Assembly (NCBI GenBank): GCA_041739415.1
Contig: JBGSNU010000031.1
Location: forward strand, 42,949-106,948
Source: Bdellovibrionales bacterium
GTDB taxonomy: Bacteria > Bdellovibrionota > Bdellovibrionia > Bdellovibrionales > UBA1609
DNA: 64,000 nt
Direction of reading: 5' to 3'
Shown: positions 19,880 through 30,986 of the stretch, piece after piece
Layout of the letters: each line of letters begins with the position of its first letter
How positions within the stretch are numbered: the first letter of the stretch is position 1
Notes under the pieces: generated by a model
Databases searched by the model: none
The model's input: the letters and a program-made list of their open reading frames with translations, nothing else
Told to the model about the DNA's origin: nothing
Position numbers and translations under genes: made by a program

Positions 19880-21231
19880 TGGATTCTCTCCCCGTTTAGA
19901 ACCAGTGGGAACGCTTCCACGATACGCACGTCTACTGTCTGACCGATCGACTCAGGTGAGCCCTTAAAATAAACCGACTTGTTCTGTGTCGAGCGACCCT
20001 GCAGCCGACCTGTCACCTCGTCGTGGCGTTCAACCAGCACTTTCAATGTCTGACCATTGTAGCGTTTAGCCAAGTCAAAAGAGATTTCGCGGTGCAACGC
20101 CAGAACCCGTGACAACCGCTCTTTTTTGACCGCCTCCGGCACCTGATCGGCAAAGCGAGCGGCTTTGGTAAACGGCCTTGGGCTGTAACCAAAGGCAAAA
20201 ATATTTTCATAAGGGACCTCGCGCAGAAGACTCATGGTGTCTTCAAACTGCACCTCTGTTTCTCCCGGAAAACCCACAATAATGTCCGTCGACAATACGG
20301 CGTTGGGGATTTTCTCCCAAATGGTCTTCACCCGGTTGAGATAGTCCTCGCGGGTATAGCCGCGATTCATTCGAGCCAGAACTTCGGAGTTGCCAGATTG
20401 AACGGGCAAATGAATGTACTCGACAACCTTGCTTTGCCGAAGCTGCATCACGTCCACAAGTTCATCGGTAAAGTCTTTTGGATGACTGGTGGTGAAGCGG
20501 ATGCGTTCAATATCCGTTTGAGTGGACAGCGCGTTGAGTAGCCCGGCAAAATTCGTCCCACACTCCGACTCGTAGGAATTGACGTTTTGCCCAAGCAACG
20601 TCACCTCTTTCACTCCTCGACCAACCAATCGGCGGATGTCGTCCAGCAGGTGCTGCATCGGGCGCGACCGCTCTCTTCCCCGGGTAAATGGCACCACACA
20701 AAACGTGCAGAAGTTATCGCAGCCCTTAGTGATGTTCACAAATGTTGAAACCCCGGGGTTTCGAATCATCGTTTCAATGTGGTAGGGCATTTGGTGTTCA
20801 AAGCGGGCGGAGACCACAGGCACACCCTCGCGCACCCGGGCGATCACCTCAGGGAGCTTATCGATGGCGTCCGTGCCCAAGACAAAATCAATCAACGGAA
20901 TATCGGCTTTGAGTTTGTCTTTCTCCTGCTGGGCCACACAGCCAGCCACGCCGATGCGCAGACGCGGATTAGCCTCTTTCATCTTGCGGTAACGCCCGAC
21001 TTCAGACCAGACCTTGTGCACTGGCTTTTCGCGAATTGAGCAGGAGTTGATGATGATCAGCGAAGCTTCTTCTGGGGACGGTACCGAGCGAAAGTCCATC
21101 ATCTCGAGCAAGGACATCATTCGCTCCGAGTCATTCTCGTTCATCTGACAGCCATAGGTCGAAATGTACACACCATCTCCCTGACCAATTTGGTTGAGAG
21201 AGTGAATGGTACTGGTGCTGTCGATTTGCAT
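19876..21231 (-). CDS. miaB: tRNA-2-methylthio-N6-dimethylallyladenosine synthase
   Basis: TYGCQMNENDSE, CDNFCTFC radical-SAM motif, C-terminal TRAM domain. Confidence 0.96.
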   Translation of the reverse strand: MQIDSTSTIHSLNQIGQGDGVYISTYGCQMNENDSERMMSLLEMMDFRSVPSPEEASLIIINSCSIREKPVHKVWSEVGRYRKMKEANPRLRIGVAGCVAQQEKDKLKADIPLIDFVLGTDAIDKLPEVIARVREGVPVVSARFEHQMPYHIETMIRNPGVSTFVNITKGCDNFCTFCVVPFTRGRERSRPMQHLLDDIRRLVGRGVKEVTLLGQNVNSYESECGTNFAGLLNALSTQTDIERIRFTTSHPKDFTDELVDVMQLRQSKVVEYIHLPVQSGNSEVLARMNRGYTREDYLNRVKTIWEKIPNAVLSTDIIVGFPGETEVQFEDTMSLLREVPYENIFAFGYSPRPFTKAARFADQVPEAVKKERLSRVLALHREISFDLAKRYNGQTLKVLVERHDEVTGRLQGRSTQNKSVYFKGSPESIGQTVDVRIVEAFPLVLNGERIQ

Positions 21232-21307
21232 GTGCCCCTTGAGATTGTGAAAAGAAATTTATATAGTGCAGTAGGCCACAAGGTCAAAACTTTCCGAAAG
21301 GACTCTT

Positions 21308-21898
21308 ATGGAACCTCGCCTTAGCACCTCGCGTAAGTGGAGCCCTCTCCCCGCTGAACTCTTGCAACAAGTGCAATCGGTCTTTCGCGACAGCTTTCGT
21401 GCAGAGTTGAAGAATGGGACGGTGGAAGCATCGGGTAAAATTTTCCCCGAGGAGATTTTGGTTCAAGTCGGCGTGGTTCAAGCCCATGAACTCAAACAGG
21501 CCAATTTTGTGGTCTCGATCGGCTACAAACAGAGCAAAGACAATGTCCTCAAGCTCCTGCATTTGGCGGTGGACGCCATGGCTTCACTCTTTGAGCAGTA
21601 CTTTGCGGCGGAGACGGATGCTGATTTTCCCAGAGTGTGGGAAGAGGTGGATTTTGAAAAGCGAAAAATATACATCCAATATCATACCACCAACTCAAAG
21701 CTCGAAGCCGATGCTGACAAAATTTTGGGGGCTGCGGGAGGTGCAGACGAAGTGGCGCAAGGAGATTGGGACGAGGATATGGATCCCGAAATCATCAAAG
21801 CTCAGCTCGGTCTAGATGACGAGATCGGAGAGGATTTGAATGAGGATCTGCTCGACTCACCCATCCCTCCTGGGAGTCGTAAAAAAAATCCACACTAG
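21308..21898 (+). CDS. Hypothetical protein with acidic C-terminal tail
   Basis: 196-aa ORF filling the gap, divergent from miaB. Confidence 0.65.
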   Translation: MEPRLSTSRKWSPLPAELLQQVQSVFRDSFRAELKNGTVEASGKIFPEEILVQVGVVQAHELKQANFVVSIGYKQSKDNVLKLLHLAVDAMASLFEQYFAAETDADFPRVWEEVDFEKRKIYIQYHTTNSKLEADADKILGAAGGADEVAQGDWDEDMDPEIIKAQLGLDDEIGEDLNEDLLDSPIPPGSRKKNPH

Positions 21899-21927
21899 CC
21901 TTTGAGTGAGTGCGTGCTAAATTATTT

Positions 21928-23742
21928 TTATTTGCAATTGGCGTTCAGAGGCACATCGGCCTTTAGGCGTTGCCGCAAAAGGCGTATTGGCAAAAGCCCC
22001 TGCTCAAGCAACCGCTCGTTGAAACAGTGAATGGCAAGAGATGTGCCCCCATTGGCGCGGATGGTCTGATCCACCTCCGCTCGCATGTCGACTATTGCCT
22101 TGTACCCTTGATAATAGGCTGGCGCTAAGCCAGTCTCCAACCGTTTGTAACGTTCGAGCTCGAATGCAATAAAAGCTGATGAAAACCCCAGATCTTTTTG
22201 CAACAGGGCCTCGACCTCTTTGCGCGACCGCCGGCCCAGTACATATTCGGGCTCCAGAAAGGCGCGGGCCACTCGCCACAGTCGGAGTCGCATCGCCATA
22301 AAACGCTCTTCTTCGGTCAGATAGGGCTGCACCAGATCCTCAGCGTAATTGGCCCAGCCCTCGACATTGACTGTAGTGGCGGCATAGCGATTGCGAATGA
22401 GACTGACGCCTTTTTCCATAAATTTGGCAAACTGGATCTCATGGCCTGGGCGACCTTCATGGGCCAACATAGAGGCCACTACATAGGGACTGAGAAAATC
22501 CGCAAAAAGATTTTGGGAGCTGGTGTCAGGGATGAGCAGTTCTCCCCGCTCTTCCTGCCGATTTAAGAGTGAGGGAGGGCGTAAGAAGGGAACACCCATG
22601 CCCTGTGAATCCTGTGGGGAAGCCAGCCGCAGGCGAAGGGGAATACTGGGCAAACTCAACAGATTTTGCGCCACAATGATTTTTTCGATTCGCACCGCTG
22701 TGGCTTGGTAGAGCGCCTCGTTGGCCTGAGCCGACCGGGGGCCCATCGAATTTAAAATTTCAACGACCGCCGCAGGTTTTTTTGACTTAAGGTTGCGTTT
22801 TTGCCCAAGGGAACGAGCCAGAGCGTGAAACTCTGGCAACAGCTGATCAAAATCGTGCTTAGCCTTTGCAGCCAAAACGGCTGGTGCACCGTCCACACCA
22901 AGGTTGGCTAAAATTTTTTGATAGGCTTCTTCCGATAAATAGTCGGTGCTACGAGCTTGCGGGAGCAGAGTTTGCCGAAGAAAGGAGTGGTAGTTCCGAA
23001 GCTGATTTTGAAAAATCACCCATTCATAAGACCAATCCGTTCGACCACTGTTTGAAAGTAGCTCTCGTATCGCTCGCGTGTAATCTTCGGCCTCTTGTAA
23101 GTACGCTTCAATGTCTTGTCTGGCCGGTAATGCTGTCGCCTTCTTTTCTTTGGTCCGAGCCAATGCCTGAGCGGTGAAGTCTTGCATGGCCTCGAGCAAA
23201 GGCCGGTGCGCCTTGTCGCCGTAAACGTAAACTTTAAAGCGACTCACGGCGGATCGTCGGCGTTCTGCGGGAGTCGTTGGATTCACCAACATTTGTAGAC
23301 CCTGAAAGATCAGTCGAGCGCCCGGCAAGAGTTCAACTTCACCCCTCTTCAAAGCAGACTGATAGTTCTCAATCTGCAACCTGACCCAATCACGCAAAAT
23401 TTCTATATCAGCTTGAAGCTCCAGGTCAGTAGCCCTTGATAGCTCAGTGCCGAGCCGCGAATGCCAACGCTCAAAAAAAGCCTGCTCGCGAGCCTCACTC
23501 TCGAGGTTGAGCAGTAGCCCCTGGGGGTCGAAAGTGGATAGACCCATCTCACTGCCAAGCTCTGGATAAAGAGCTCCAAGCTCGGTGAAAAATTCCACCG
23601 CCAATGTGTCGGATTTTTCAATCCATTCGGCCCTTGGGGATATGGATGGCGCAGAACTTACGTGCGCACATCCAGCAAAGATGATCGGTAAAAAGCTCAA
23701 GAGCAGAGCTAGAGCCGGAGAAAGCTTAAATAAGGTCGACAC
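21928..23742 (-). CDS. DUF885-family lipoprotein (zincin-like)
   Basis: Lipobox FAGC; AHEGRPGHEIQ and EGWANYAE motifs. Confidence 0.85.
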   Translation of the reverse strand: MSTLFKLSPALALLLSFLPIIFAGCAHVSSAPSISPRAEWIEKSDTLAVEFFTELGALYPELGSEMGLSTFDPQGLLLNLESEAREQAFFERWHSRLGTELSRATDLELQADIEILRDWVRLQIENYQSALKRGEVELLPGARLIFQGLQMLVNPTTPAERRRSAVSRFKVYVYGDKAHRPLLEAMQDFTAQALARTKEKKATALPARQDIEAYLQEAEDYTRAIRELLSNSGRTDWSYEWVIFQNQLRNYHSFLRQTLLPQARSTDYLSEEAYQKILANLGVDGAPAVLAAKAKHDFDQLLPEFHALARSLGQKRNLKSKKPAAVVEILNSMGPRSAQANEALYQATAVRIEKIIVAQNLLSLPSIPLRLRLASPQDSQGMGVPFLRPPSLLNRQEERGELLIPDTSSQNLFADFLSPYVVASMLAHEGRPGHEIQFAKFMEKGVSLIRNRYAATTVNVEGWANYAEDLVQPYLTEEERFMAMRLRLWRVARAFLEPEYVLGRRSRKEVEALLQKDLGFSSAFIAFELERYKRLETGLAPAYYQGYKAIVDMRAEVDQTIRANGGTSLAIHCFNERLLEQGLLPIRLLRQRLKADVPLNANCK

Positions 23743-23745
23743 GAT

Positions 23746-24582
23746 CTAAAAGTCTTCTTCGTCTCTGGCGCCTGGTTCGGCCATGCCCCGAACCTCATCG
23801 ATATAATTCTGAGTTTCGTCTTCTAAATCGTTTTCAATGGCTGACTCGTCAATTTCAAGCTCTTGAATTGCCGCTTGAAAGTCTTTGTCACTGCGCAAAT
23901 CCTTGCGCAAAGTCTCCAGAAATTTGTCGGGATAGCGCGAGGTCAACTCTTCGACGTAACGCTCCAACTTGCCTTCGGTGAGAATCTTTTTTCGAACCTG
24001 AATCTTCTTCCAATAAAGGAGATAGTGGTAACGGCAGTAGCCGTCGACAGATGACAACTGGTCACAGTCCTTAACTCGACAGTACCTGCGACCTTCAGCA
24101 TCGGTGAGAACAATCTCTTCTGACTCAGCATCGGCCTCGTCATCCACCTCATCTGCAGAAACCGCAACTTCTTCCACCTCTGGTGCTTTTTGCTTTTTGC
24201 GTGCCTCTACTTTCGCAACGATTGGTTTTGCTTGGGGCTTCTCTGGGGCTTTAATTTCAGTAGTCTTGCTCTCGGCGGGCTTGATTTCACCAGCCTTTGA
24301 GCTCGCCTTTTTTTGAACTCGGCGCGCCTCAACAGGCTTTTTCACAACTGGTTTGCTTGGTGCTTTCGCATGGCCCTTTGCAACCGTCTTTTTTGGCGGA
24401 GCAGCCTTTGTTTGCGCAGGCACGGGACGACCTCCACCGCTCTTCGCCATCTTTTTCACAGCAGCGGGTTTCGCGGACGCAGACTTCTTAACGACTTTGG
24501 CCGCTTTTTTTACAGGCGCCGCTTTGCGCGCGGCAGCGGCAGGCTTTTTTACGGGCTTCTTTTTATCAATTTTTTTTGCCAT
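23746..24582 (-). CDS. Lys/Ala/Pro-rich protein with acidic linker and C3H-type Cys/His cluster
   Basis: ~130-aa K/A/P low-complexity N-terminus; CRVKDC...YCRYH; acidic C-terminus. Confidence 0.75.
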   Translation of the reverse strand: MAKKIDKKKPVKKPAAAARKAAPVKKAAKVVKKSASAKPAAVKKMAKSGGGRPVPAQTKAAPPKKTVAKGHAKAPSKPVVKKPVEARRVQKKASSKAGEIKPAESKTTEIKAPEKPQAKPIVAKVEARKKQKAPEVEEVAVSADEVDDEADAESEEIVLTDAEGRRYCRVKDCDQLSSVDGYCRYHYLLYWKKIQVRKKILTEGKLERYVEELTSRYPDKFLETLRKDLRSDKDFQAAIQELEIDESAIENDLEDETQNYIDEVRGMAEPGARDEEDF

Positions 24583-24624
24583 AGACTGGAGAAGTTGATG
24601 GATTTTAATCGTGAGGTCAAGACT

Positions 24625-25674
24625 TTACTGGGATAGGGATTCGAGCCAAAAAATCGGTCCCGATTGCGTTCGCACAAACACTTCGCCCTTTAAGGTTCCG
24701 TCTTTTTGGCCTGCGTAAATTCGGCGGCCCTCGCGCTGCGCGGAGTGAAGGTAAGAATTCTTTGAGGCAGTCACCTTACCCTTTGTGGTGGTGAGGAATA
24801 CGCGAGCCCCCCCCTCCCACTCCAGCTCAATCGGCCCACTCGTACTGGTCGCATGCAGTTCGCTTGGCGCCCTGGCCTTCAGCTTCCAGTTGGCTCTCTC
24901 GCCTGAGACTCGCACATCTCCCGCAAAATCCCGCACGCGACCAATACCCTTTTGCAAGGCGACCCGAAGATCTCCGGATCCTCCCTGAACCTCGAGGCTG
25001 GCAGAACGTACATCCAAACTTACCTGCCCGCGGCAATCGGTGAGACCCAGCTGTCCTTGCAGCCAGTTGATGTCGATGTCGCCCTCGATCGATTGCAGCT
25101 GCACCTTTCCGGTTTCACCCCGCAGCATAATCTGACCGTGACGCGAGCTTAAATTTATATCTACCTTTGAACCGTGCAAACGCAAATCACCATGGCCTCC
25201 AGCCAAGCGAACCTGCCCTTTTGTTAAGCTGATCTCTAAATTTGCATCCCACCTGTTGAACTCCAGAGTGCCCTCGCGCCAACTGACAACCGCAGGAAGG
25301 GAGGGACCTTCAATTTCCACGTCAAACTCCGGCCACTTGTCCTCACTAAGTTGCTCTCGCCACTTACTCCCATGCTGCAAGCTCAGCACCTCCAAATGCA
25401 ACACATGACCCCGCCGCTCGAGCATCAACTGCCAATCTTCAAAATCTGGATGACTTGAGTGCTGCACGTGCAATTTGAAGTTAGAATCACGCTTGGACCC
25501 CCGAAACTGCAGTTGCCCCTTAATTCCTGAGACTCGAATTTCGCGGATACCCTTCGATGAGAGCCGCTGCTCCGGGTATATGTGTTTGGCGGAGGGCAAG
25601 ATAGCAGAACGCGGGGGCGTTGAAGCACCGAGCAATGCCCAAGCGATGCAAAAAATAACACAAACAAGCCTCAT
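24625..25674 (-). CDS. Exported DUF4097-like beta-strand repeat protein
   Basis: Signal-like N-terminus at ATG 25674; repeated G-x-V/L-x-L beta motifs ending VRTQSGPI. Confidence 0.6.
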   Translation of the reverse strand: MRLVCVIFCIAWALLGASTPPRSAILPSAKHIYPEQRLSSKGIREIRVSGIKGQLQFRGSKRDSNFKLHVQHSSHPDFEDWQLMLERRGHVLHLEVLSLQHGSKWREQLSEDKWPEFDVEIEGPSLPAVVSWREGTLEFNRWDANLEISLTKGQVRLAGGHGDLRLHGSKVDINLSSRHGQIMLRGETGKVQLQSIEGDIDINWLQGQLGLTDCRGQVSLDVRSASLEVQGGSGDLRVALQKGIGRVRDFAGDVRVSGERANWKLKARAPSELHATSTSGPIELEWEGGARVFLTTTKGKVTASKNSYLHSAQREGRRIYAGQKDGTLKGEVFVRTQSGPIFWLESLSQ

Positions 25675-25837
25675 GCTCTTAGTTTGAGCACTGAAGGCGC
25701 GAATGTCCATTTGCTGACACGTGCTGTCTAGTCGAGGTGACACAACTAGACGAGGTCGGAGGTCCTGAGGTTGACAAGAGTGGAGTGCCGTTCGCAAAAT
25801 CGGACCGCTTTCAATTCCCTTAGAAGGAGCTATTCAT

Positions 25838-27013
25838 ATGTCAGCAACTTATATCGTCAGCGCCAAGCGTACCCCCATCGGCAGTTTTCAAGGGGCCTTT
25901 GCCACCACCCCAGCCCCTCGCCTCGGTGCAACCGCCATTCAGGCCGCACTGACTGAGAGTGGCCTCAGCGCCAATGACGTGCAGGAGTGTATCTTCGGTG
26001 AAGTGCTCACGGCCGGAGTGGGACAAGCACCCGCTCGGCAAGCCGCGATCTTTGCAGGTCTCCCTAGCTCCGTGCCGTGTATGACTATAAATAAAGTTTG
26101 TGGATCTGGACTAAAAGCCGTTATGCTTGCGGCCGACAATATTGCCTTGGGCTACACCCAGGTCGCCGTCGCGGGCGGGCAAGAGAACATGACACTCGCG
26201 CCCCACCTCCTTGAAAACTCCCGAGCAGGATACCGAATGGGCCACATCTCGGCGATGGACTCGATGATCAAAGACGGCCTGTGGGACCCCTATTCAAACT
26301 TTCACATGGGGAGCGCCGGCGAAATTTGTGCGAAAGAATACAAATTCTCGCGCCAGTCCCAAGATGAGTACTCGATTGAAAGTTACAAGCGGGCACAACG
26401 TGCCATCAGTGAGGGTTGGTTCAAGGCTGAAATCGCAACGGTTGAACTCACCAGCAAAGCGGGCAAGCAAATCGTCGACACCGATGAAGATCCAGGCAAA
26501 GCGCGATTCGACAAAATCCCTGAGCTCCGCCCGGCGTTTGAGAAAGACGGCACAATCACAGCCGCCAATGCGAGCAAAATAAACGATGGTGCCGCGGCCT
26601 TGATCCTGGCCAGCGAAGCCATAGTGAAGGCAAAAAATCTCAAGCCTCTGGCCCGCATTGTCGCGCACGGCTCATTTGCCCATGATCCAAAATGGTTTAC
26701 CACAGCTCCCGTCAATGCCATCCGCCAAGCTTTGGAGAGAGCAAAACTGACCATTGAAGATATCGATCTTTTTGAGATCAATGAAGCGTTTGCAATTGTG
26801 CCGATGGTGGCGATGAAGGATTTGAACATCCCTCACTCCAAGATGAACGTGCACGGGGGTGCTGTCGCCCTCGGCCATCCCATCGGCGCTAGTGGCGCGC
26901 GAATTCTAACCACTTTGGTGCACAGTCTTGGTCAGAGAAAAGCCCGGTATGGTTTGGCTTCACTTTGTATCGGTGGCGGTGAAGGCGTAGCTGTTATCGT
27001 TGAGCGGCTCTAA
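25838..27013 (+). CDS. Acetyl-CoA C-acetyltransferase (thiolase)
   Basis: [27 protein letters not shown]. Confidence 0.96.
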   Translation: MSATYIVSAKRTPIGSFQGAFATTPAPRLGATAIQAALTESGLSANDVQECIFGEVLTAGVGQAPARQAAIFAGLPSSVPCMTINKVCGSGLKAVMLAADNIALGYTQVAVAGGQENMTLAPHLLENSRAGYRMGHISAMDSMIKDGLWDPYSNFHMGSAGEICAKEYKFSRQSQDEYSIESYKRAQRAISEGWFKAEIATVELTSKAGKQIVDTDEDPGKARFDKIPELRPAFEKDGTITAANASKINDGAAALILASEAIVKAKNLKPLARIVAHGSFAHDPKWFTTAPVNAIRQALERAKLTIEDIDLFEINEAFAIVPMVAMKDLNIPHSKMNVHGGAVALGHPIGASGARILTTLVHSLGQRKARYGLASLCIGGGEGVAVIVERL

Positions 27014-27023
27014 ACTTGAGGGA

Positions 27024-27722
27024 ATGAGAGTGAATAAAATATTTCCTGATGCTGAGGCGGCGATTCAAGGTGTGAAGGACGGCATGTTGCTTTGCTTTGG
27101 CGGCTTTGGCCTATGCGGCATTCCTGAAAACTCAATCCAGGCGCTCGCAAACAGTGGCGTGAAAGATTTGACCTGTGTTTCCAACAACGCCGGTATCGAT
27201 GATTTTGGACTGGGGTTGTTGCTGCAAAAGCGCCAGATCAAAAAAATGGTTTCGAGCTATGTGGGCGAGAACGCCCTGTTTGAACGGCTGTATTTAAGTG
27301 GGGAGCTTGAGGTGGATTTTACACCTCAGGGCACGCTGGCTGAAAAGTTACGCGCCGGAGGAGCAGGAATTCCGGCCTTCTTCACTCAAACTGGAGTCGG
27401 CACGAAGGTGGCGGAGGGCAAAGAGGTTCGCGACTTCAATGGCAAAAAATATGTACTTGAACACTCGATTCGAGCGGACTTTGCCTTTGTAAAAGCATGG
27501 AAGGCTGACAAGTTTGGCAATCTCATGTTTCGCAAAACGGCGCGAAACTTCAATCCGCTGGCTGCAATGGCGGGACAAATCACAGTTGTTGAGGTCGAGG
27601 AACTCGTTGAAATTGGCGACATCGATCCAGATCAGGTGCATTTGCCCGGCGCCTATGTTCAAAGAATTTTTTTAGGGCGCAACTACCAAAAACGCATCGA
27701 AAACCTGACGGTTTCAAACTAA
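27024..27722 (+). CDS. scoA: 3-oxoacid CoA-transferase subunit A
   Basis: [24 protein letters not shown]. Confidence 0.93.
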   Translation: MRVNKIFPDAEAAIQGVKDGMLLCFGGFGLCGIPENSIQALANSGVKDLTCVSNNAGIDDFGLGLLLQKRQIKKMVSSYVGENALFERLYLSGELEVDFTPQGTLAEKLRAGGAGIPAFFTQTGVGTKVAEGKEVRDFNGKKYVLEHSIRADFAFVKAWKADKFGNLMFRKTARNFNPLAAMAGQITVVEVEELVEIGDIDPDQVHLPGAYVQRIFLGRNYQKRIENLTVSN

Positions 27723-27735
27723 CGAGGATTCGCCC

Positions 27736-28398
27736 ATGCCGATACTGACTCGAGACAAAATAGCTCAACGCATCTCCCGCGAAGTGCAAGATGGCTTTGT
27801 GGTGAACTTAGGCATCGGGATTCCAACGTTGGTGGCCAACTACATTCCTGCCGATATGTTCGTGATGTTTCAAAGTGAAAATGGTCTACTGGGTATGGGC
27901 CCGTTCCCTACCCGAGAAAACGCCGACCCAGACCTTATCAACGCAGGTAAACAAACAATTACGACTGTTCCTGGAGCCAGCTTTTTTAGCTCGGCCGATA
28001 GCTTTGCCATGATTCGCGGGGGCCACGTGGACCTCACCGTTCTAGGAGCCATGGAGGTCGATGAGGCCGGTGATATTGCCAATTGGATGGTGCCCGGCAA
28101 GTTGATCAAGGGCATGGGGGGCGCCATGGATCTAGTCGCCGGCGCCAAGCGCGTTGTTGTGGCCATGCAACACCGAGACAAATCTGGCCAATCGAAAATT
28201 TTAAAGCAATGCACACTCCCGCTCACTGGTGTTGGCTGTGTGCACCGGGTGGTGACCGACATGGCTGTGCTGGATCTACTCAACGGCCGTTTTAGACTCC
28301 GTGAAATTGCTCCTGGGCTAACGGTAGACGATGTCGTCCAGGCTTCTGAGGCCAAACTCGAGATCGCAAATGACGTCAGGGAAATGAATTTCAACTGA
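27736..28398 (+). CDS. scoB: 3-oxoacid CoA-transferase subunit B
   Basis: NLGIGIPT, QSENG catalytic Glu, GMGGAMDL. Confidence 0.93.
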   Translation: MPILTRDKIAQRISREVQDGFVVNLGIGIPTLVANYIPADMFVMFQSENGLLGMGPFPTRENADPDLINAGKQTITTVPGASFFSSADSFAMIRGGHVDLTVLGAMEVDEAGDIANWMVPGKLIKGMGGAMDLVAGAKRVVVAMQHRDKSGQSKILKQCTLPLTGVGCVHRVVTDMAVLDLLNGRFRLREIAPGLTVDDVVQASEAKLEIANDVREMNFN

Positions 28399-28475
28399 TT
28401 CCTAGCCTTCGGTCAAGTTGGCCCCGCCGAAAATTCAAGTCATACTGTTTAGGTCACTAGCCAAGGAAGCTGCAC

Positions 28476-29465
28476 GTGTCCGGAGTCAAAAAGCTCGCCA
28501 AAAACGATATCTTGTTTCGCGAAGGCGACGCCTCCGACGCCATGTATGTCATTAAGAGTGGCCGAATCGCCATTACTAAGGCCAAAGGTTCTAGCGAAAT
28601 CGTGCTGGCCGAAAAAAAGGCCGGCGAAATGTTGGGCGAGATGGCTTTTTTTGACGACAAGCCTCGTAGTGCCGGCGCCAAGGCGCTGCTTGACTCCGAA
28701 GTCATCCAGTTGCCATTTGTGGCCTTGCACGCTCAGTTCAAAACGTTTCCGGAGTGGCTTAAGGCCATGGTTAGAACGGTCAATGGACAACTTCGCGACG
28801 CCAATGTCAGAATTAAAAATTTAGAGTCTGCCAGCGCAAGTGATGAGGAGATGTTCCCACCTCACTTAGTGACCAGGCTCTGTGCAATTATCAGTTTGAT
28901 TGGCTTTAAACAAGGCGAGAAGACCGAACACGGCTTAGAGATCCGCTACCCTGTTTTGCGCGAGTACTGCATTCAGATTTTTCAGCAGCCGACCAATAAG
29001 CTCGATAAAATCATGGAGGTTTTGCAAGCCCTGAATATCATGAAAGTGGAGGAGCTCGGCGAGGGGAAAAAGCGCGTAACGATTATCGATCACAAACTCC
29101 TCAGCGACTTCACCGATTGGTACAATAGGTATTTGTTTACTGAACAAAATAAACGGGTCACGATTGAAGAGAAGCTTCTGCCGACCATGCGAGCTCTCGC
29201 GTTTTACGGCAAAAAGGCCACGCCCGACGACAAAGGACTGGTGAAGGTCAATCTAACCGAAATGCAAAACAGCTCCATGCGAGATCTCAACAATCTCTTT
29301 AGCGTCAACGAAGCGGACCCTTTGGTAGAAAAAGGGCTGGTGCAAGAGAAGCAAAGTGAACAGGGTGGCGTTCTGACAATGAAATTCTCGCTCAAAGATC
29401 TTGAGAGCGTTTTGCCGTTTTGGGAGATCATATACACTCTAAAGAAAGTCCCCGGCCGCAAATAA
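28476..29465 (+). CDS. Cyclic-nucleotide-binding (Crp/Fnr-like) protein
   Basis: LFREGDASDAMYVIKSG...LGEMAFFDDKPRSA cNMP-binding cassette. Confidence 0.85.
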   Translation: MSGVKKLAKNDILFREGDASDAMYVIKSGRIAITKAKGSSEIVLAEKKAGEMLGEMAFFDDKPRSAGAKALLDSEVIQLPFVALHAQFKTFPEWLKAMVRTVNGQLRDANVRIKNLESASASDEEMFPPHLVTRLCAIISLIGFKQGEKTEHGLEIRYPVLREYCIQIFQQPTNKLDKIMEVLQALNIMKVEELGEGKKRVTIIDHKLLSDFTDWYNRYLFTEQNKRVTIEEKLLPTMRALAFYGKKATPDDKGLVKVNLTEMQNSSMRDLNNLFSVNEADPLVEKGLVQEKQSEQGGVLTMKFSLKDLESVLPFWEIIYTLKKVPGRK

Positions 29466-29482
29466 ACTGACCTCGTAAAACT

Positions 29483-30979
29483 TTAGAGACCCTTCAATAA
29501 GGCTGGAATGTCCTTACGACATCGAAGCGGCAACTCGTTGTCGGGAACCTTAACCGGATCACGCGTCACAGTGTAAACACGAATACTATTGGTCTTAGCC
29601 CGCTGCTGAACCGGAGTGCCCATCGTCACCACGACCCGGTCGCCCTTCTCCACAATACCAATGCGCACCAACAACTCCTCGATCTGCGTGATCGCCTCCT
29701 CGCTGCTGTGATAGGGCTGAATTTTATAGGTTTGAATTCCCCACACCAACTCAAGTCTATTCAGTGGATCAAAATGGTGGGTGATGGCGATGATCGGGCA
29801 ACGTGGTCTAAACCCAGCAATCATCGCAGCCGTCTTTCCAGTGGTGGACAGACAAACGAGGGCCTTGGCTCGCACCTTCATTGCCGTTAAGCTCGCAGAG
29901 GCCGCCACAGCTTCTGGTATGTCGAGATACTCCTCTTCCATCGAGATGTCATAATAGAGGTCTGTGGTTCGCTCCACCTCAGTTACAATTTCGTGCATAG
30001 TCTGGATACAGCGAAACGGATATTTACCGCTGGCGGACTCCGCCGACAGCATAAGGGCATCGGAGCCATCGATCACCGCGTTAGCCACATCGGTAATCTC
30101 GGCGCGAGTGGGTCTGGGGTTTTCAACCATACTATCCAACATCTGAGTGGCCGTAATCACGGGCTTGTTGGCCATATTGGCGAGGCGTATGATGCGCTTT
30201 TGGATACCGGGCAGCTGACTTTGTCCTACTTCCACGGCCAAATCGCCGCGAGCCACCATAATGGCATCACTGAGTGCGATGATCTCCTCGAGATTGTTCA
30301 ATGCTTCGAGCATTTCAATCTTGGCGACAATTCTCGTGGATGGCCGAGTCTCATCGATCAACTGCCGGAGCTTGATGATATCACTGCCCTGCCGAACAAA
30401 ACTCAACGCCACATAGTCGACGTTTTGCGCCAAGCCAAACTTGAGATCCGCTAAATCTTTGGGAGTCATGGCCTCAATCGGCAAACTGGCTCCAGGCAGG
30501 TTCATCCCTTTTCGATCCTTAAGCTCCCCACCAAAGACCACTTCACATTCCACTTGAGTGGCGGATTTCGACAAAACTTTGAGCTCTATCAGTCCATCAT
30601 CGAGTAAAACCTTTTGCCCCTCTGTCACCGTCGTAGGTAGCGGCTTGAAATCGGTCGGAATCAGACCCGGACCACCAAGTACATCCTCTATCGTGACAAT
30701 CACTCTCGCACCTTCAACCAGCTCGATGCTCCCACCTTGAAACTTACCAACGCGAATTTTGGGTCCTTGCAGATCCTGCAGAATGCTCACTGGAGCGTTC
30801 CATTGCCGAGACAGATCTCGAAGGTTGGTGATGACCGACTGATGCACCTCATGATTGCCATGGGAGAAATTCAGCCGGGCCACATTCATGCCTGACAGAA
30901 TGGCCTTTTCTAACTGGGCGCGTGACTGCGTAGAGGGTCCAATAGTAGCGACGATCTTCACTCGACGTTCTGAAAGCAT
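29483..30979 (-). CDS. pyk: Pyruvate kinase
   Basis: KIVATIGP, RLNFSHG, DLQGPKIR, MVARGDL, ATQMLDSM. Confidence 0.98.
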   Translation of the reverse strand: MLSERRVKIVATIGPSTQSRAQLEKAILSGMNVARLNFSHGNHEVHQSVITNLRDLSRQWNAPVSILQDLQGPKIRVGKFQGGSIELVEGARVIVTIEDVLGGPGLIPTDFKPLPTTVTEGQKVLLDDGLIELKVLSKSATQVECEVVFGGELKDRKGMNLPGASLPIEAMTPKDLADLKFGLAQNVDYVALSFVRQGSDIIKLRQLIDETRPSTRIVAKIEMLEALNNLEEIIALSDAIMVARGDLAVEVGQSQLPGIQKRIIRLANMANKPVITATQMLDSMVENPRPTRAEITDVANAVIDGSDALMLSAESASGKYPFRCIQTMHEIVTEVERTTDLYYDISMEEEYLDIPEAVAASASLTAMKVRAKALVCLSTTGKTAAMIAGFRPRCPIIAITHHFDPLNRLELVWGIQTYKIQPYHSSEEAITQIEELLVRIGIVEKGDRVVVTMGTPVQQRAKTNSIRVYTVTRDPVKVPDNELPLRCRKDIPALLKGL

Positions 30980-30986
30980 ATTTATC

